The notes: generated by a model not told the origin, from the sequence alone. A stretch of 64,000 nt of DNA from the human T2T-CHM13v2.0 reference genome, Homo sapiens (GCA_009914755.4 CP086569.2:1632001-1696000); one strand, 5' to 3'. Positions 19,016 to 34,794 are shown, counted from the stretch's first letter. A program made the numbers and translations.

Positions 19016-19217
19016 TCAGGTACTTGGAGTGAAAATGAGAATTAAAGGCACAAGAAAACAGTTATTTTGCAACAGGAATATATTTGGCAGGGACCTCCAA
19101 ATCCCAGTTGTGGACCCATTGCTGGCTGCAAGTACAGGATCTCAAACATGGTTTATCTATGTTGCCTATATTTTTTGGAGAGGAAGCGGGCTTGCTTTGT
19201 TTAAAAAATTGTCTGAG

Positions 19218-19594
<377 letters not shown>

Positions 19595-20289
19595 TTATGA
19601 CTGGAAGGGAGGCTTCAGGTACTCGGAGGAAACATGGGGATTAAAAGCACAAGAAAACAGTCATTTTGCAACAGGAATATATCTGGCAGGGACCTCCAAA
19701 TCCCAATTGTGGACCCATTGCTGGCTGCAAGCACAGGCTCTCAAACCTGGTTGGGCAGTGGGGACCCTCTGGGCAGAATCACCTCCATCCCACCTGGGTT
19801 TCCACTTTAAACCCCCCAGTGGGGATTTTCCCATTCTGGAGACCTGGATGGGGTCCTCTGAGAACATCAGGCTCTTTTTCTGAGCCTTTGATCTCCAGCC
19901 TAGCCTGAATCAGGCTGGATGTCAGAGGTGCATCCTCCTTAGAATGAAGGAAGAAGGGACTTGGTAGTGTTCTATGTACACACGGCAGGGTGATGCTTTG
20001 GGGTGTTTGTAAACGAGGTTTCTCCCTCTCATTCAGTTGCTCATCTTCCCTTTCACCCACTGCCCTGCCAACTAATTTGAGTAGCCTGATGGTGCTTGCT
20101 TCATCTCGCCAGGGGAGGGATGGGTTAGACCAGAGAGATGGAGAAAAACCAGCCTCTCCCTCGCTTGACTTCAAGGTCTGTTTTCAAGAGGGAGGCGCGC
20201 GTGGGTTTGGGTTAGACCTAAAGTGGTTGATGCTTAGAGGGAGGGATTTCTTTGCTCTCAGACTAGGGGGCAGAGATGAGGTAGCGAGG

Positions 20290-21101
20290 ATGGAATATAG
20301 AGGTGATTGAAGGTATCTGGAAAGATATGCGTGGGCAATATGCAAATATTACACCATTTTATATAAGGGACATCCATGAATTTTACTAGCATCTGCTGAG
20401 TGTCCTGACATCAATCCTCCACAGATAACAAGGGATGACTGTATATAGATGACTTAGAGATACAGAAAGATATATAGAGAGATAGGGCGATACAGAGATG
20501 AAAGATTGATTGATGATAGATACCTGGATGGATAGATAGGAGATAGATAAATACATAGATACATAGATAGACGACAGATAGATACATAGATAGATAGATA
20601 CATACATAGATAGATGATAGAAAGATAGATGATAGATGGTAGATAGATAGATAATAGATAGATAAGTAAATAGATAGTAGACAGAAGATAGACAGTAGAC
20701 AAGTAGCTGGTAGGTACATAGTAGAAAAGTGGTAGATAGATAGATAGAAGACAAGTCGCTGGTAGGTAAGTAGACAGACAGTAGACAGGTAGCTGTGTAG
20801 ACAGATGATAGATAGATAGATAAGATAGATAGAAACATAGATGATAGGAGACAGGTACATAGATATCTGGATGAATAGATAGGAGATAGATGACAGATAG
20901 ATAGATAGATGATAGATGGTAGATAGATAGATAATAGATAAGTAAATAGGTAGATAGTAAACAGAGATAGAAGATAGATAGTAGACAAGTAGCTGGTAGG
21001 TAGATAGGTAGATAGAAAAGTAACTGGTAGATAGATAGAAGACAAGTAGCTGGTAGGTAGGTAGATAGAAAGACAGTAGACAGGTAGCTGTGTAGACAGA
21101 T

Positions 21102-21147
<46 letters not shown>

Positions 21148-21260
21148 CAAAGATAGATAGTAGATAGATAGTAGATAGAAAGATAGATAGATGGATAGTA
21201 GATAGATAGATAGAGATAGATGATAGATAGGAGACAGGTACATAGATTGATGTCGTGTTG
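20290..21260. repeat. Left arm of a large inverted repeat: ~160 bp unique flank plus ~800 bp (GATA)n/(GATG)n tetranucleotide array
   Basis: Flank ..GAAGGTATCTGGAAAGATATGCGTGGGCAATATGCAAATATTACACCATTTT..CATCCATGAATTTTACTA..CACAGATAACAAGGGATGACTGTATATAGATGACTTAGAGATACAGAAA, then gatagatagatag.. The ORFs 20386-21490 (300-360 aa, S/I/Y/L-rich) are artefacts. Confidence 0.85.
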
Positions 21261-21934
21261 ATTGACAGATGATAGAGCCATATACACTGAGGTGTGTACA
21301 CACACATGTATAAACGCACATTGGATATACAGATGTATATATAGAGAGAGAACCATATGCACAGAGTCATGTACTCATATGCCCCCCACTGCTGTGTCAC
21401 TGCGTACATTTTCAGAAATCCACCTATTTCTGAGTCGAGGAAGAACCTGCTCTCCCAGGGGTAAAGGGGTGTGCCGCTCCAGGATGACATGCCACCCTGG
21501 TGTTGACTCTTTCAGCCCCACACACAAACCCCACCCGCTGGGTCAGGGTTTACACCCTCTTCAGTGAATGTCCTGGATTTCCTGGAGAGGCTCAGCCAGG
21601 CAGGAGGGGACCAGGAGAGGCGCTGGCCATTCCTCCAGTTTGGTCACCAAGAGGTGGGTGGTTTCAGCCTGAAAGATGCACCTGCAGGACCTGTGGGTTG
21701 AGTAGATGGTGTCACCTGAGGGGCAGGGGATGACCAGCGTCCCTGGGTGGAGAGGGCTGCGTGGACAGTGCACTCATCCCACCTTGCTGCCCCTCAGTCG
21801 CCTGGCCACAGAGACTCCGGGTCCACCACATTGAACCCCCACTGCCACGATGCCCTTCACCCTTGACGTGAAAGTCCCTTCCTCACCTGAGCCCGCCAAC
21901 GTCTCTCCATCCTCACTTCCTCATCTCTGCCCCC

Positions 21935-22610
21935 AGTCTATCTACTTATCTATTTATCTATGTATCTATCTATCTACTATCTATGTATCTATCTATCTAC
22001 TATCTATCTATATCTATGTATCTATTATCTATCTATATCTATGTATCTATGTATTATCTATCTATATCTATCTATGTATCTATCTCTATCTACCTATCTA
22101 TCATCTATGTATCTATTTATCTATCTAGCTATCTATGTGTGTATCTAGTATCTATCTATCTAGCTATGTATCTATGTATTATGTATCTATCTTCTATCTA
22201 TATCTATCTATCTATGTATCTATCTATCTCTATCTATCATCTATGTATCTCTCTATCTAGCTATCTATGTATCTAGTATCTATCTATCTGGCTATCTATG
22301 TATGTATCTATGTATTATCTATCTTCTATCTATCCATCCATATATCTATCATCAGTCAATCAATCCTTTCATCGCTGTATCGCTCTATCCAGGTATCTTA
22401 TCTATTTATTTTTCTCTTTCTATATTTCTGTATCTCTAACTCATCTATATACAGTCATCCCTTGTTATCTGTGAGGGATTGGTTCCAGGACACACGACAG
22501 ATAATAGTAAAATTCATGGATGTGGCTGATAGAAAATGGTGTAGTATTTGCATATTAGCTATGCACATCCTTCCAAATACCTTCAATTGCCTCTATATTA
22601 CTTATAATAC
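21935..22610. repeat. Right arm of the inverted repeat: (TATC)n array (~410 bp) plus inverted copy of the unique flank
   Basis: ctatctacttatctatttatctatgtatc... The reverse complement of 22440-22600 matches 20300-20455 (CACAGATAACAAGGGATGACTGTATATAGATGA, ATATGCAAATA(C/T)TACACCATTTT, TGAAGGTAT(C/T)TGGAA). Confidence 0.85.
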
Positions 22611-22784
22611 TTAATACAATGTAAGTGCTATGTAAATAGTTACTATACCATATTGTTCAGGGAATAATGTTTTAAAAAGTCTGTACATGTTCAGTACAGA
22701 TGCATTTTTTTCCAAATATTTTTCATCTGTGGTTGGTTGAATCCACGGATTTGGAAGCCACAGATATGAACAGCCAACTCTGTG

Positions 22785-23405
22785 TGAGTGTGTGGGTATA
22801 TATACATATGTATGTGTGTATACATGTATATGTATATATGTATGTGTGTATATGTGTATATATGTGCGTATAGATGTATGTGTGTATATATGTACATGTA
22901 TATATGTATGAGTGTATATATGTGTATATGTATATGTGCATTTATATGTATATATATGTGCATATATGTATGTGTATATATGTACACGTATATATGAGTA
23001 TATATGTGATTTGTATATATGTATGTGTATATATGTGCGTATGTATATGTATATGTGTGTATGTTTATATGTACATGTGTATATATGTACATGTGTGTAT
23101 ATATGTATATATGCATGTGTGTATATCTGTCTGCATGTACATGTATGTGTGTATATATGTATATGCACATATGTCTGCGTGTACATATGTGTGTATATAT
23201 GTATATGTTTATATGCACGTATGTACATGTATATATGTGTGTATATATGTACATGTATATATGTATGTGTGTATATATGTGTGTATATATGTATGTGTGT
23301 GCATATGTATGTGTATGTGTGTGTGTAGATATGTATATGTACGTGTGTATATATGTGTGAATATGTATGTGTGTATATATGTATATGTGTATTCGTGTAT
23401 GTATA
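22785..23405. repeat. Complex TG/TA (TATGTGTA/TACATA)n repeat of ~620 bp
   Basis: tgggtatatatacatatgtatgtgtgtatacatgtatatgtatatatgtatgtgtgtatatgtg... The ORFs 22611-23524 (MYTYTNTHIHIY..) are artefacts. Confidence 0.9.
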
Positions 23406-24203
23406 CACTACATTTATTCTATCTCATAATTATGTATAAAACATGTAAGACAGATGCTAATTGTTGCCGCTCACCTACCTACATTTTCTCTTTAAGAAAC
23501 ATACGGTTTCAGATTTTAAAATGAAACAGACTTGAAGCCATGTGGAAATTTTTGACTGAAGTTCTCCAGTGGCCAATTTCTGTTTAAAAAATGTAAAAAG
23601 ACCAAGGATTTCACACACTCCATCAGGCACCTAATAAAGAGACTCATGCATCTGTCAGTAACAGCAGCCCAGCAACCCAGCATTGCACGGTTAGAATATC
23701 TACTAGGAAGTGAAAAATAAATAACCGTTGTATCTGAACCTTTACAGGGTCTCAAACACCTGCCTGATTCACAATGGTGCATAATTCCAGTGATTTTCCA
23801 TTTATGAAGGTTCTTGGAGCACCTGGTCTCTCTTCCCTATGATCATGCAAAACCAGCTTTCAAAACCTTTTCATCGGCGGATTAAACAGATTCTCATTTC
23901 CCCTCTCCCTTAATACGTTCCAAGGTGTTTGAAAGAGTCGTGGATACATTTTAATTTTCTTAATCATAGTTTTGCGGCGAATTGTCACGTCACCGGGTTC
24001 ATTTGTTTGGAAGTGTATTGAAGCTTCCTCTTCTGTAACGTTATGAGATAATTGCTTTCTATCCAAATCCCATTCTGTGAATCCATGTGTCCAGTGGAGG
24101 GTGCCTGTACCCAAGCTAAGTTACTCTTTCAGCCCGGGAGGCTCTAAAATCCAAAGAATGCTTGCTTGTCTAAAACGTCCAGTTCAATATCTGGACCTTT
24201 GCT

Positions 24204-24885
24204 TTTTCTTTTCTTTTTTATTTTTAACCAGTAGCCTAGTTAGAAGGTCCCTTTCTCTTTATTTTTATTTTACTTTAACTTCTGGGATACATGTGCAGAA
24301 TGTGCAGGTTCGCTACAGAGGTATACATGTGCCATGGTGGTTTGCTGTACCTGTGAACCCGTCATCTAGGTTTTAAGCCCTGCATGCATTAGATATTTGT
24401 CCTAATGCTCTCCCTCCCCTTGCCCCCCACCCCCTGACAGGCCCCTGTGTGTGATGTTCCCCTCCCTGTGTCCATGTGTTCTCATTGTTCAACTCCCACT
24501 TATGAGTGAGAACATGCAGTGTTTGGTTTTCTGTTCTTGTGTTAGTTTGCTGAGAATGATGGTTTCCAGCTTCATCCATGTCCCTGCAAAGGACATGAAC
24601 TCATTCTTTTTGATGGCTGCATAGTATTCCATGGTGTATATGTGCCACATTTCTTCATCCAGTCTATCATTGATGGACATTTGGGTTGGTTCCAAGTCTT
24701 TGCTATTGTGAATAGTGCTGCAATAAACATACGTGTGCATGTGTCTTTATAGTAAACTGATTTATAATCCTTTGGGTGTATACCCAGTAATGGGATTGCT
24801 GGGTCAAATGTATTTCTGGTTCTAGATCCTTGAGGAATCGCCACACTGTCTTCTACAATGGTTGAACTATTTTTCATATCGTTTC
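24204..24885 (-). mobile_element. L1PA-type 3' end (3' UTR plus ORF2 C-terminal region), 5'-truncated
   Basis: Antisense L1 motifs: AACTTCTGGGATACATGTGCAGAATGTGCAGGTT, CTCCCACTTATGAGTGAGAACATGCAGTGTTTGG and GCTGCATAGTATTCCATGGTGTATATGTGCCACATTT. Confidence 0.85.
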
Positions 24886-25132
24886 TATTGCATAAGCACT
24901 TTCTTAAATAAAAAAAGTTTTATTCCTCCTTCCCAATATGTAGGCATTTTCTTAGCTTTTTTGAATTGCACTAGAGGGTCCTACAGTTTGCTTTTGTGTG
25001 AGACAGGACACTTTGCTGTGCTCCTGATCTTACCAGGAAGGCATTTAGCCCTTCCCTGCTAAGTATAATCAATAGCTGTCAGTTTGTAATGTGCTTTATA
25101 AGGTGGAAGAAATTGTCTCTATTCCTACTTTA

Positions 25133-25134
<2 letters not shown>

Positions 25135-25191
<57 letters not shown>
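25135..25191. repeat. (AT)n of ~28 repeats
   Basis: atatatatatat... Confidence 0.95.
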
Positions 25192-25193
<2 letters not shown>

Positions 25194-25367
25194 AACATGA
25201 ATGTGTACATTTGTCAACTGTCTTTTTGGCATTTACTGTAATCATATGCTTTTAATTCTTTATTCTGTTGTCATGGTGAGTTACCTTGATCTGCTTCAAA
25301 GGCTGAGCCAACCCACATTTCTGGGATAGATTCTTTCCTTCCCCAACCCTTGGTCATGAAATATTCT

Positions 25368-25478
25368 CTTCTCCTCTCCTCTCTCCTCTCTTCTCCTCTC
25401 TCCTCTCCTCTCTCCTCTCCTCCCTCCTCTCCTCTCTCCTCTCCTCTCCTCTCCCCTCCCCTCTCCTCTCCTTTTCGG
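25368..25478. repeat. (TCTCC/TCTCCTC)n polypyrimidine microsatellite, apparently expanded from the C-rich segment of the adjacent L1 3' fragment
   Basis: ctctcctctctcctctctcctctcttctcctctctcctctcc...ctcccctcccc runs directly into the L1 fragment at 25478. Confidence 0.8.
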
Positions 25479-25545
25479 TGTGTGATGTTCCCCTCCCTGT
25501 GTCCATGTGTTCTCATTGTTCAACTCCCACTTATGGGTGAGACTC
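25478..25545 (-). mobile_element. Short L1 3'-UTR fragment (duplicate of 24448-24500)
   Basis: GTGTGTGATGTTCCCCTCCCTGTGTCCATGTGTTCTCATTGTTCAACTCCCACTTATG is identical to the L1 at 24.4 kb. Confidence 0.8.
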
Positions 25546-25574
25546 TCTTTTCTTTCTTTTCTTTTCATTTATGT

Positions 25575-25861
25575 TTTTGAGACGGAGTCTCACTCTTGTC
25601 ATCCAGGCTGGAGTGCAGTGGCGCGATCTCAGCCTCACTGCAACCTCCGCTTCCCGGATTCAAGCGATTCTCCTGCCTCAGCCTCCCGAGTAGCTGGAAT
25701 TACAGGCACCCAGCAGCACATCTTGCTAATTTTTGTTATTTTTAGTAGAGACGGGGTTTCGCCATGTTGACCAGGATGGTCTCAATCTCTTGACCTGGTG
25801 ACCCGCCTGTCTCGGCCTCCCAAAGTGTTGGGATGACAGGTGTGAGCCACTGCACCCGGCC
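25575..25861 (-). mobile_element. Alu
   Basis: GAGACGGAGTCTCACTCTTGTCATCCAGGCTGGAGTGCAGTGGCGCGATCTCAGCCTCACTGCAACC...GTGTGAGCCACTGCACCCGGCC. Confidence 0.9.
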
Positions 25862-26953
25862 AATACTATTGTTTTAGTACTGGTGGTATTAATCTGTCAA
25901 CATCTTGCGAAGCCAGCATTCCCTGGATACTAACACCAGACTAGGACATTGTCAGACTCTAAAACGAATGGCAAAGATTCCTCATGAGCAAATATACAAA
26001 AAGTCTTTAATATAATGGGCTGAGAAGTATATGCTTCCATTTTCTGGAAGCATTTCTATAGCATTGAGGTTTTTTTTTTCTTGAATAATTGGTAGAATTT
26101 ACCTGTACAGCTGTTTGGGGTTGGAGTTTTCTTTGGGAGTATTTAATGGCAAATTCATTTACCTTATTCGATATATAAGAGAGCAGTGAGTGAGCTGAGC
26201 CTCTTTCAAACCAGAACCCCTGTGGGATCCCAAGACCTTCCACTGAGCCAGATGCTGGAATCCACCTCAGTACCCCACGGAACTCAAAGAACAGGCTTAA
26301 ACAGTGAGAAAAACACCCTTTCGAGTCAGATTAAAAACTGGGACATTTCCATGTTTCTGTTTGACGCCATTTGGTGCGTGTATAAATATAATCTCAAGGG
26401 ATAACTTCCAGTTCCAGGCAGAGCAAAGGACCATGACGTCTCAGCCCAGAGAGAAAGGCTTTGAATATCTGCCATCCTCTCAGGAAAAAATAAAGGCGTT
26501 TTTCCATAGTTCCCTTCCGACTTATCTTCCCCTTGACATATTGCATCAAATGCTTTAAAATTTTATTTTTGGTGTTGGCTCATGACTCACATCCATGCTT
26601 CAATGTCTGAAATCTAATTAATATTCTCTGAGTCCCCCTGTTGAGTTAGCCTGAAGTCCCAGCCTTTGAGCAGTGCTCAGATGTTACAGGAAGAAGAAAG
26701 TAATCGAAACTTGGTGAGTTTGAGACACTTTTGAAATGTTCCTCTGCGTTTAGAGATCCTGCTAGTTCTCATCTCTTGCCAGTTCCAAAGTGTAACACAT
26801 TCTGCTTCCCTGAGCTAATAAAAATCAATTTCTGCTGCTCACAGTTTGTCTTTCTCAGAAAGACGGGTCTCAGGCTATTTGTCTTGGCCAGGTGCCACAG
26901 AAGTAACCGCAGGGAGAAACTGGTCTTGGATGTTCTGCCCGTAAGATTAGTCA

Positions 26954-27250
<297 letters not shown>

Positions 27251-27289
27251 ATTAATCATCTCCTGGGTTTTTTGTTTATTTTTATTTTT

Positions 27290-27580
27290 ATTTTTTTTGA
27301 TATGGAGTCTCACTCTCTGTCGCCCAGGCCGGAGTGCAGTGTCGCGATCTCAGCTCACTGCAACCTCCGCCACCCAGGTTCAAGCGATTCTCCTGACTCA
27401 GCCGCCTGACTAGCTGGGACTACAGGCACATGCCACCATACCTGGCTAATTTTTGTATTTTTAGCAGAGATGGGGTTTCACCATGTTGGCCAGGCTGGTC
27501 TCGAACTGCTGACCTCAAGATCCGCCCGCCTCAGCCTCCCCAAGTGTTGGGTTTACAGGCGTGAACCACTGTGCCTGGCC
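27290..27580 (-). mobile_element. Alu
   Basis: ATGGAGTCTCACTCTCTGTCGCCCAGGCCGGAGTGCAGTGTCGCGATCTCAGCTCACTGCAACCTCC...GTGAACCACTGTGCCTGGCC. Confidence 0.9.
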
Positions 27581-27654
27581 AGAATGATCTGGTTTTAAAC
27601 ATCAATACTGCTGAGGTTGAGAAAATCTTCTTTAGCATGAGAGACTCAGTCTAC

Positions 27655-28673
27655 ATATTCTCTCTCTGTCTTTCATCTGTCACTATTGTTACTATTCTAT
27701 CTGTTCATCTATCTATTAATATCTACATATCTTCTATATATCATCTATTATCTAACATCTACCTATATCTATATATCATGTATTATCACGTATCTATCCA
27801 TTGTCTATTTCTGTCATTTATCATTCTGTGTATTGATCATCTTTTTTTCTATCATCTATGTAACTCATCTATCATCTGTCATGTCTATCATCTATCTATT
27901 TTTCTATCATCTGTGCATTGATCGATCTAGCATCTATTATCCCTCTCTATCATCTATTGATCTATCTACATATCTATCCGTCTACCTACTTAGCATCTAT
28001 CTGTCATCTATTGGTCTTTCTACATATCTACCTACCTACCTACCTACTCAGCATCTATGTATCTGTGTATCCATCTATCATCTATTGATCTTCCTACATA
28101 TCTACTTACCTACCTACTCAGCATCTATGTATCTATCTATCATCTATTGATCTCTCTACATATCTACCTACTAACCTACTCAGCGTCTATGTATCTATGT
28201 ATCTATCTATCATCTATTGATCTCTCTACATATCTACCTACCTACCTACTCAGCGTCTATGTATCTTTGTATCTAGCTATCATCTATTGATCTATCTACA
28301 CATCTATCTACCTACTTAGCATCTATCATCTATTGACCTATCTATATATCTATCTACCTACCTACTCAGCATCTATTATCTATCATCTATCTATCATCTA
28401 TCTAATCTATCTATTGTCTATTGATCTATCTACACATCTATCTACCTACCTAGTTAGCATCTATCATCTGTTATCTATCTACATATGTGTCTACCTATCT
28501 ACTTAGCATCTATCTATCATCTATTGATCTATCTATATATCTATCTATCTACCTACTTAGCATCTATCTCTGTATCATCTATTGATCTATCTACATATCT
28601 ACCTACCTATCTACTTAGCATCTATCTATCACCTATTGGTCTATCTACATGTCTATATACCTACCTCCTTAGC

Positions 28674-28720
<47 letters not shown>

Positions 28721-28905
28721 ATCTATTGATCCATCTACTTGTCTATATACCTACCTCCTTAGCATCTATCTAATCTATCATCTGTCTATCTATCTATCTA
28801 TCCAGCTATCTCTCATCTATTTACCTAAGTATTCTCTCTCTCTCTCTCTCTCACTCTTGCTCTCTCCCCCTTGCTCTCTCCCTACTACCTATCTATTATA
28901 TATCT
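27655..28905. repeat. ATCT/TATC-derived degenerate array with ~60-70-bp higher-order units (contains pure (TATC)12 at ~28670 and (CT)n at ~28827)
   Basis: The unit ..CTCAGCATCTATGTATCTATCTATCATCTATTGATCT(C/T)TCTACATATCTACCTACCTACCTACT.. recurs at about 28049, 28118, 28179 and 28248. Confidence 0.85.
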
Positions 28906-28929
28906 ATCTATGGCAGTTGCTAGCAACCA

Positions 28930-29635
28930 GGTACGATGTTTTGCCCTAGGGCACATTTGGCAATGTCTGAACATATTCTTGGTGTCACAAGGCTGTTTGG
29001 CACATCTTGTGTAATTATGAATTTCCCAGAACATAGGCTTTTATCAGGAAATCCTCATGGTTCTGCCCTCAGCATGTATCCCACAGGTGAGTACATTATG
29101 ACCTCTAGGGTGCCCAGTGAAGTCTCAGCCCTCCACCACACACCCTGTGCTTGACTTTTGAAGCCATCTCTTCCTGGTCTTTCTGCCTCTTACCTGACCC
29201 TTGGTCTATCAACTGTAGATAATCCTGGGGAATAATCATGCTGTTACCTGAGTGGGCTGCTTTGAAGAATGTGTCCCAAATCCATCCAACGGGAACCTCA
29301 GAATGTGACCTTATTCGGAAATAAGATTTTTGCTGAAGTGATGAGTTAACACAACATCATATTGGAGGTGCATGGGCCTTAAGTCCAATGACAGGTGTCC
29401 TCACAAGAGACAGAAGAGGAGACACAGACACAGACGAGGAGGCCACATGGACATGGCGGCAGAGACTGGAATGATGTGGCCACAAGCCCATGGATGCCTG
29501 CCACCCCCAGGAGCTGGGAGAGGCAGGAAGGATCCTCCCCTAGAACCTCCAGAGGGAGCTCAGCCCTGAGACACATTCAGTTCAGACTTGTGGTCTGCAG
29601 GACTGGGAGAGGATACATTTCTGTTCTACCTGTCT
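28930..29635 (+). mobile_element. MaLR-type LTR (MLT1-like), about 700 bp
   Basis: GCACATTTGGCAATGTCTGAACATATTCTTGGTGTCACAAG..., AATGTGACCTTATTCGGAAATAAGATTTTTGCTGAAGTGATGAGTTAAC..., ..GAGACACATTCAGTTCAGACTTGTGGTCTGCAGGACTGGGAGAGGATACATTTCTGTTCTACC. Confidence 0.5.
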
Positions 29636-29639
29636 GACT

Positions 29640-30545
29640 ATCATCTATCTATCATCTCTATTTATCTATCACCTCTATCTATCTATCGTCTATCCCTCAT
29701 CTCCATCTATCTATTATCTATCGACCTATCATCAATCTATCATCTATTATCTATCTATGTATCTATCTATCCTTTCCATCTATCATGTCTATTTATCTAA
29801 CCTGTCTATTATCTATGTATCTCTCACCTCCATCTATTATCTATCGATCTATCATCTATCATCTATGTATCTCTCATCTCCATCTATTATCTATTATCTA
29901 TTGATCTATCATCGATCATGTGTTATCTGCCTATCTATCATCTATTATCTGTCTCTCATCTCCATCTATTATCTATCGATTTATCATTTATCTATCATCT
30001 ATTATGTGTCTATCTATCCTTTCCATCTATCATCTCTATTTATCTATCCTATCTATGTACCTCTCATCTCCATCTATTATCTATCGATCTATCATCCGTC
30101 TATCATCTATGTATCTCTCATCTCCATCTATTATCTATCGATCTATCATCTATCTATGATCTATGTATCTCTTATCTCCATCTGTCTATTATCTATCTAT
30201 TGCCTATTGATCCATCATTATCTGCCTATCTATCATCTATTATGTATGTATCACTCATCTCCATCTATTTTCTATAGATCTATCATGTATCTATCATCTA
30301 TTATGTATCTATCTATTATCTATGTATCTCTTATCTCCATCTATTATCTATTTTCTATAGATCTATCATCTATCTATCATCTATTATGTACGTATCTCTC
30401 ATCTCCATCTATTATCTATAGATCTATCATGTATCTATCTTCTATTATCTATCTATCTATCTATCTATCCTTTCCATCTGTCTATCATCTATTATCTATC
30501 TATCTATCTATCTACCCTTTCCATCTATCCATCATCTATCATTTA
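29640..30545. repeat. ATCT-derived minisatellite with ~50-63-bp higher-order unit x~15
   Basis: CTCTCA(T/C)CTCCATCTATTATCTATCGATCTATCATCTATCATCTATGTAT is repeated. The ORFs 29588-30590 (277 aa etc.) are artefacts. Confidence 0.85.
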
Positions 30546-31003
30546 CTGTGGTGTCCCCAGGATCACCCCCTGGGCTCTCATCAACAATGAGAATGAATCC
30601 CAGTGGACATCCTTTTGTTCAGGGTCTCCGGACACCATCTCTGGACACCCTCCTCTTTTCTAACTCAAACTGCCACAGACCAAGATAAACATTTCAGCTG
30701 GAATTTCCACTTTGTGACCCTGGAGGAAGAATTTCCTATCCTTCAGGTCCCAGTCTTGATTTAGTCATTTCTGCTGGCTGATTGCTCTGTGATTTGTTAA
30801 TTACCCACTTGCTCTTCAGTGACCACAATTTAATCTCAACTTAACAGGGTCGCGCTCCATACTCAGACCTTGGCGGATGTTTTCTTACTGACCAAAGACT
30901 GGATTTCTCAGGCATGTGTTTTCAGACACTGCTCAGAATCTACAGGCAGGAATGGCAGAGCTAATTTCAGGTCTTAGGAGCTCAGCACAAAATTAGGTAG
31001 TGA

Positions 31004-31335
<332 letters not shown>

Positions 31336-31610
31336 CCAGAGTCAATTCTGATCATTCAGCGTGTAGAACAGCTCAGGAACCATGGATCTGGCTTGGTGTT
31401 TGCAGCCACCAGGTGCTTTCTCTATAGGCTGGTCCCCTTCCCATCTCTTCTTGTGGACTGGATTTGACCCCCTACCACCGCTCAGAGACACAGGTGGAAG
31501 CTCTGAGTCCACCATTACGACTGTATTTGGAGACAGGGTCTGTGAGGAGGTAACTGAGGTCAAATGTGATCATAAGTGTGGGGTTGTAACCTGGTAGAAT
31601 TGTGTCTTTA

Positions 31611-32025
<415 letters not shown>

Positions 32026-32071
32026 TTATCAGTGAGAACAGGTCGTATTTCATTTTCTCTTCCTGTGTTAG

Positions 32072-32549
<478 letters not shown>

Positions 32550-32907
32550 TGAATAGTGACATGAACAGGTAGTTTTGAAAAGAAGGCATACGTATGGTCA
32601 AGAGTCATATGAGAAAAATTCTCAACATCACTAATCATTAGAGAATTGCAAATCAAAACCACAATGAGATACCATCTCACTTCAGTCAGAATGGCTATTA
32701 CTACAAAATCGAAAAACAGCAGATGCTGACGAGGTTACAGAGAAAAGGGAACGCATATATGCTGCTGCTGGCAATATAAATTAGTTCAACCATTGTGGAA
32801 AGCACTGTGACAACTCCTCAAAGAACTAAAAACAGAATTACCATTCTACCCAGCAATCCCATGATTGGGTATATACCTGACGGAATATAAATTGTTCTAG
32901 TGTAAAT

Positions 32908-33913
<1,006 letters not shown>

Positions 33914-34794
33914 TCATTGCAGCACTAACTTTTGGCTTTCTTTTCTGGTAGGATCCAAACGTTTTCACGGGTTGGTGCCATTTTATTCTGTTGTTAGCAA
34001 GCATCTATGACCTGTGGTGAGTTACTCCTAAGCAGTGGCTCTGAACTCTGGGTGCACAAAGGCATTTTATGGGAGCTTTTAGAAAATACTGAGGCTAGGA
34101 TCCACCCCCAGAGACCCACGTTTATTTGATGGGAGGTTTCGGCTGGGTAACAGGAGTCCTAAGGTATCAGCAAGGGGTGGTGAAATGCAGAGAGTTTGAG
34201 AAACCGCTGAGCTAGCCAGGTGTTCTGCACCTTAACTCCGCCATCCCTAGTGGGTTGGGGGTGCCCTCAGGAGTCAGTGAGGAGCCTCCAGTTTGGACGC
34301 GGCTTCAGCAGCTTGGCTGCAAGACATCCCATCAATACAGGCCAGCCAAGATGAATCAATTTTCAGTTGCCTGTGGCCAGCTGCCCTGCAAAGCCAATTT
34401 GTAATCTGATCCCGTCCTTGTCCGGGGGAGCTTTCTTTTTTTTTTTTTTTTTTTTTTTGAGACAGAGTCGTGCTCTGTCACCAGGTTAGAATGCAGTGAA
34501 GCTTTCAAATTTCCCTGGGATGCCTGGAAGCCTGTGGAGACAGAGAGGCTGTTTCTGTAGGGTTACCCGGTGGCCGCGCCAAAATGCTCAGCTCTGCGTT
34601 TCGGGGGGCCGGCATCCCCTGAGACTCAGTGAGAAAAGAAAACAAGGGCTAGAAGGAGGGTTAGTGGGACGGGTGAGAGGCTGTTTCAGTCATGGTATTC
34701 TGCAGTGTGCTGGCATACAAAATGCAGCATAGTGTCATGCTTTGTGTTATATGTACTTTATAACACCTATAAAACATCTATAAGATGCGGAATA

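Noticed and set aside
21360-21930. GC-rich spacer inside the palindrome as a possible CpG-island promoter
   Set aside because: It is GC-rich but contains very few CpG dinucleotides, so it is not a CpG island. There is no TATA/Inr arrangement or downstream ORF.
20386-23524. Multiple 200-360-aa ORFs over 20.4-21.5, 21.85-22.6 and 22.6-23.5 kb
   Set aside because: They translate (GATA)n/(TATC)n and (TG/TA)n simple repeats. Low-complexity I/Y/L/S or C/Y/V/M strings on both strands are the expected artefact of stop-free tetranucleotide and dinucleotide arrays.
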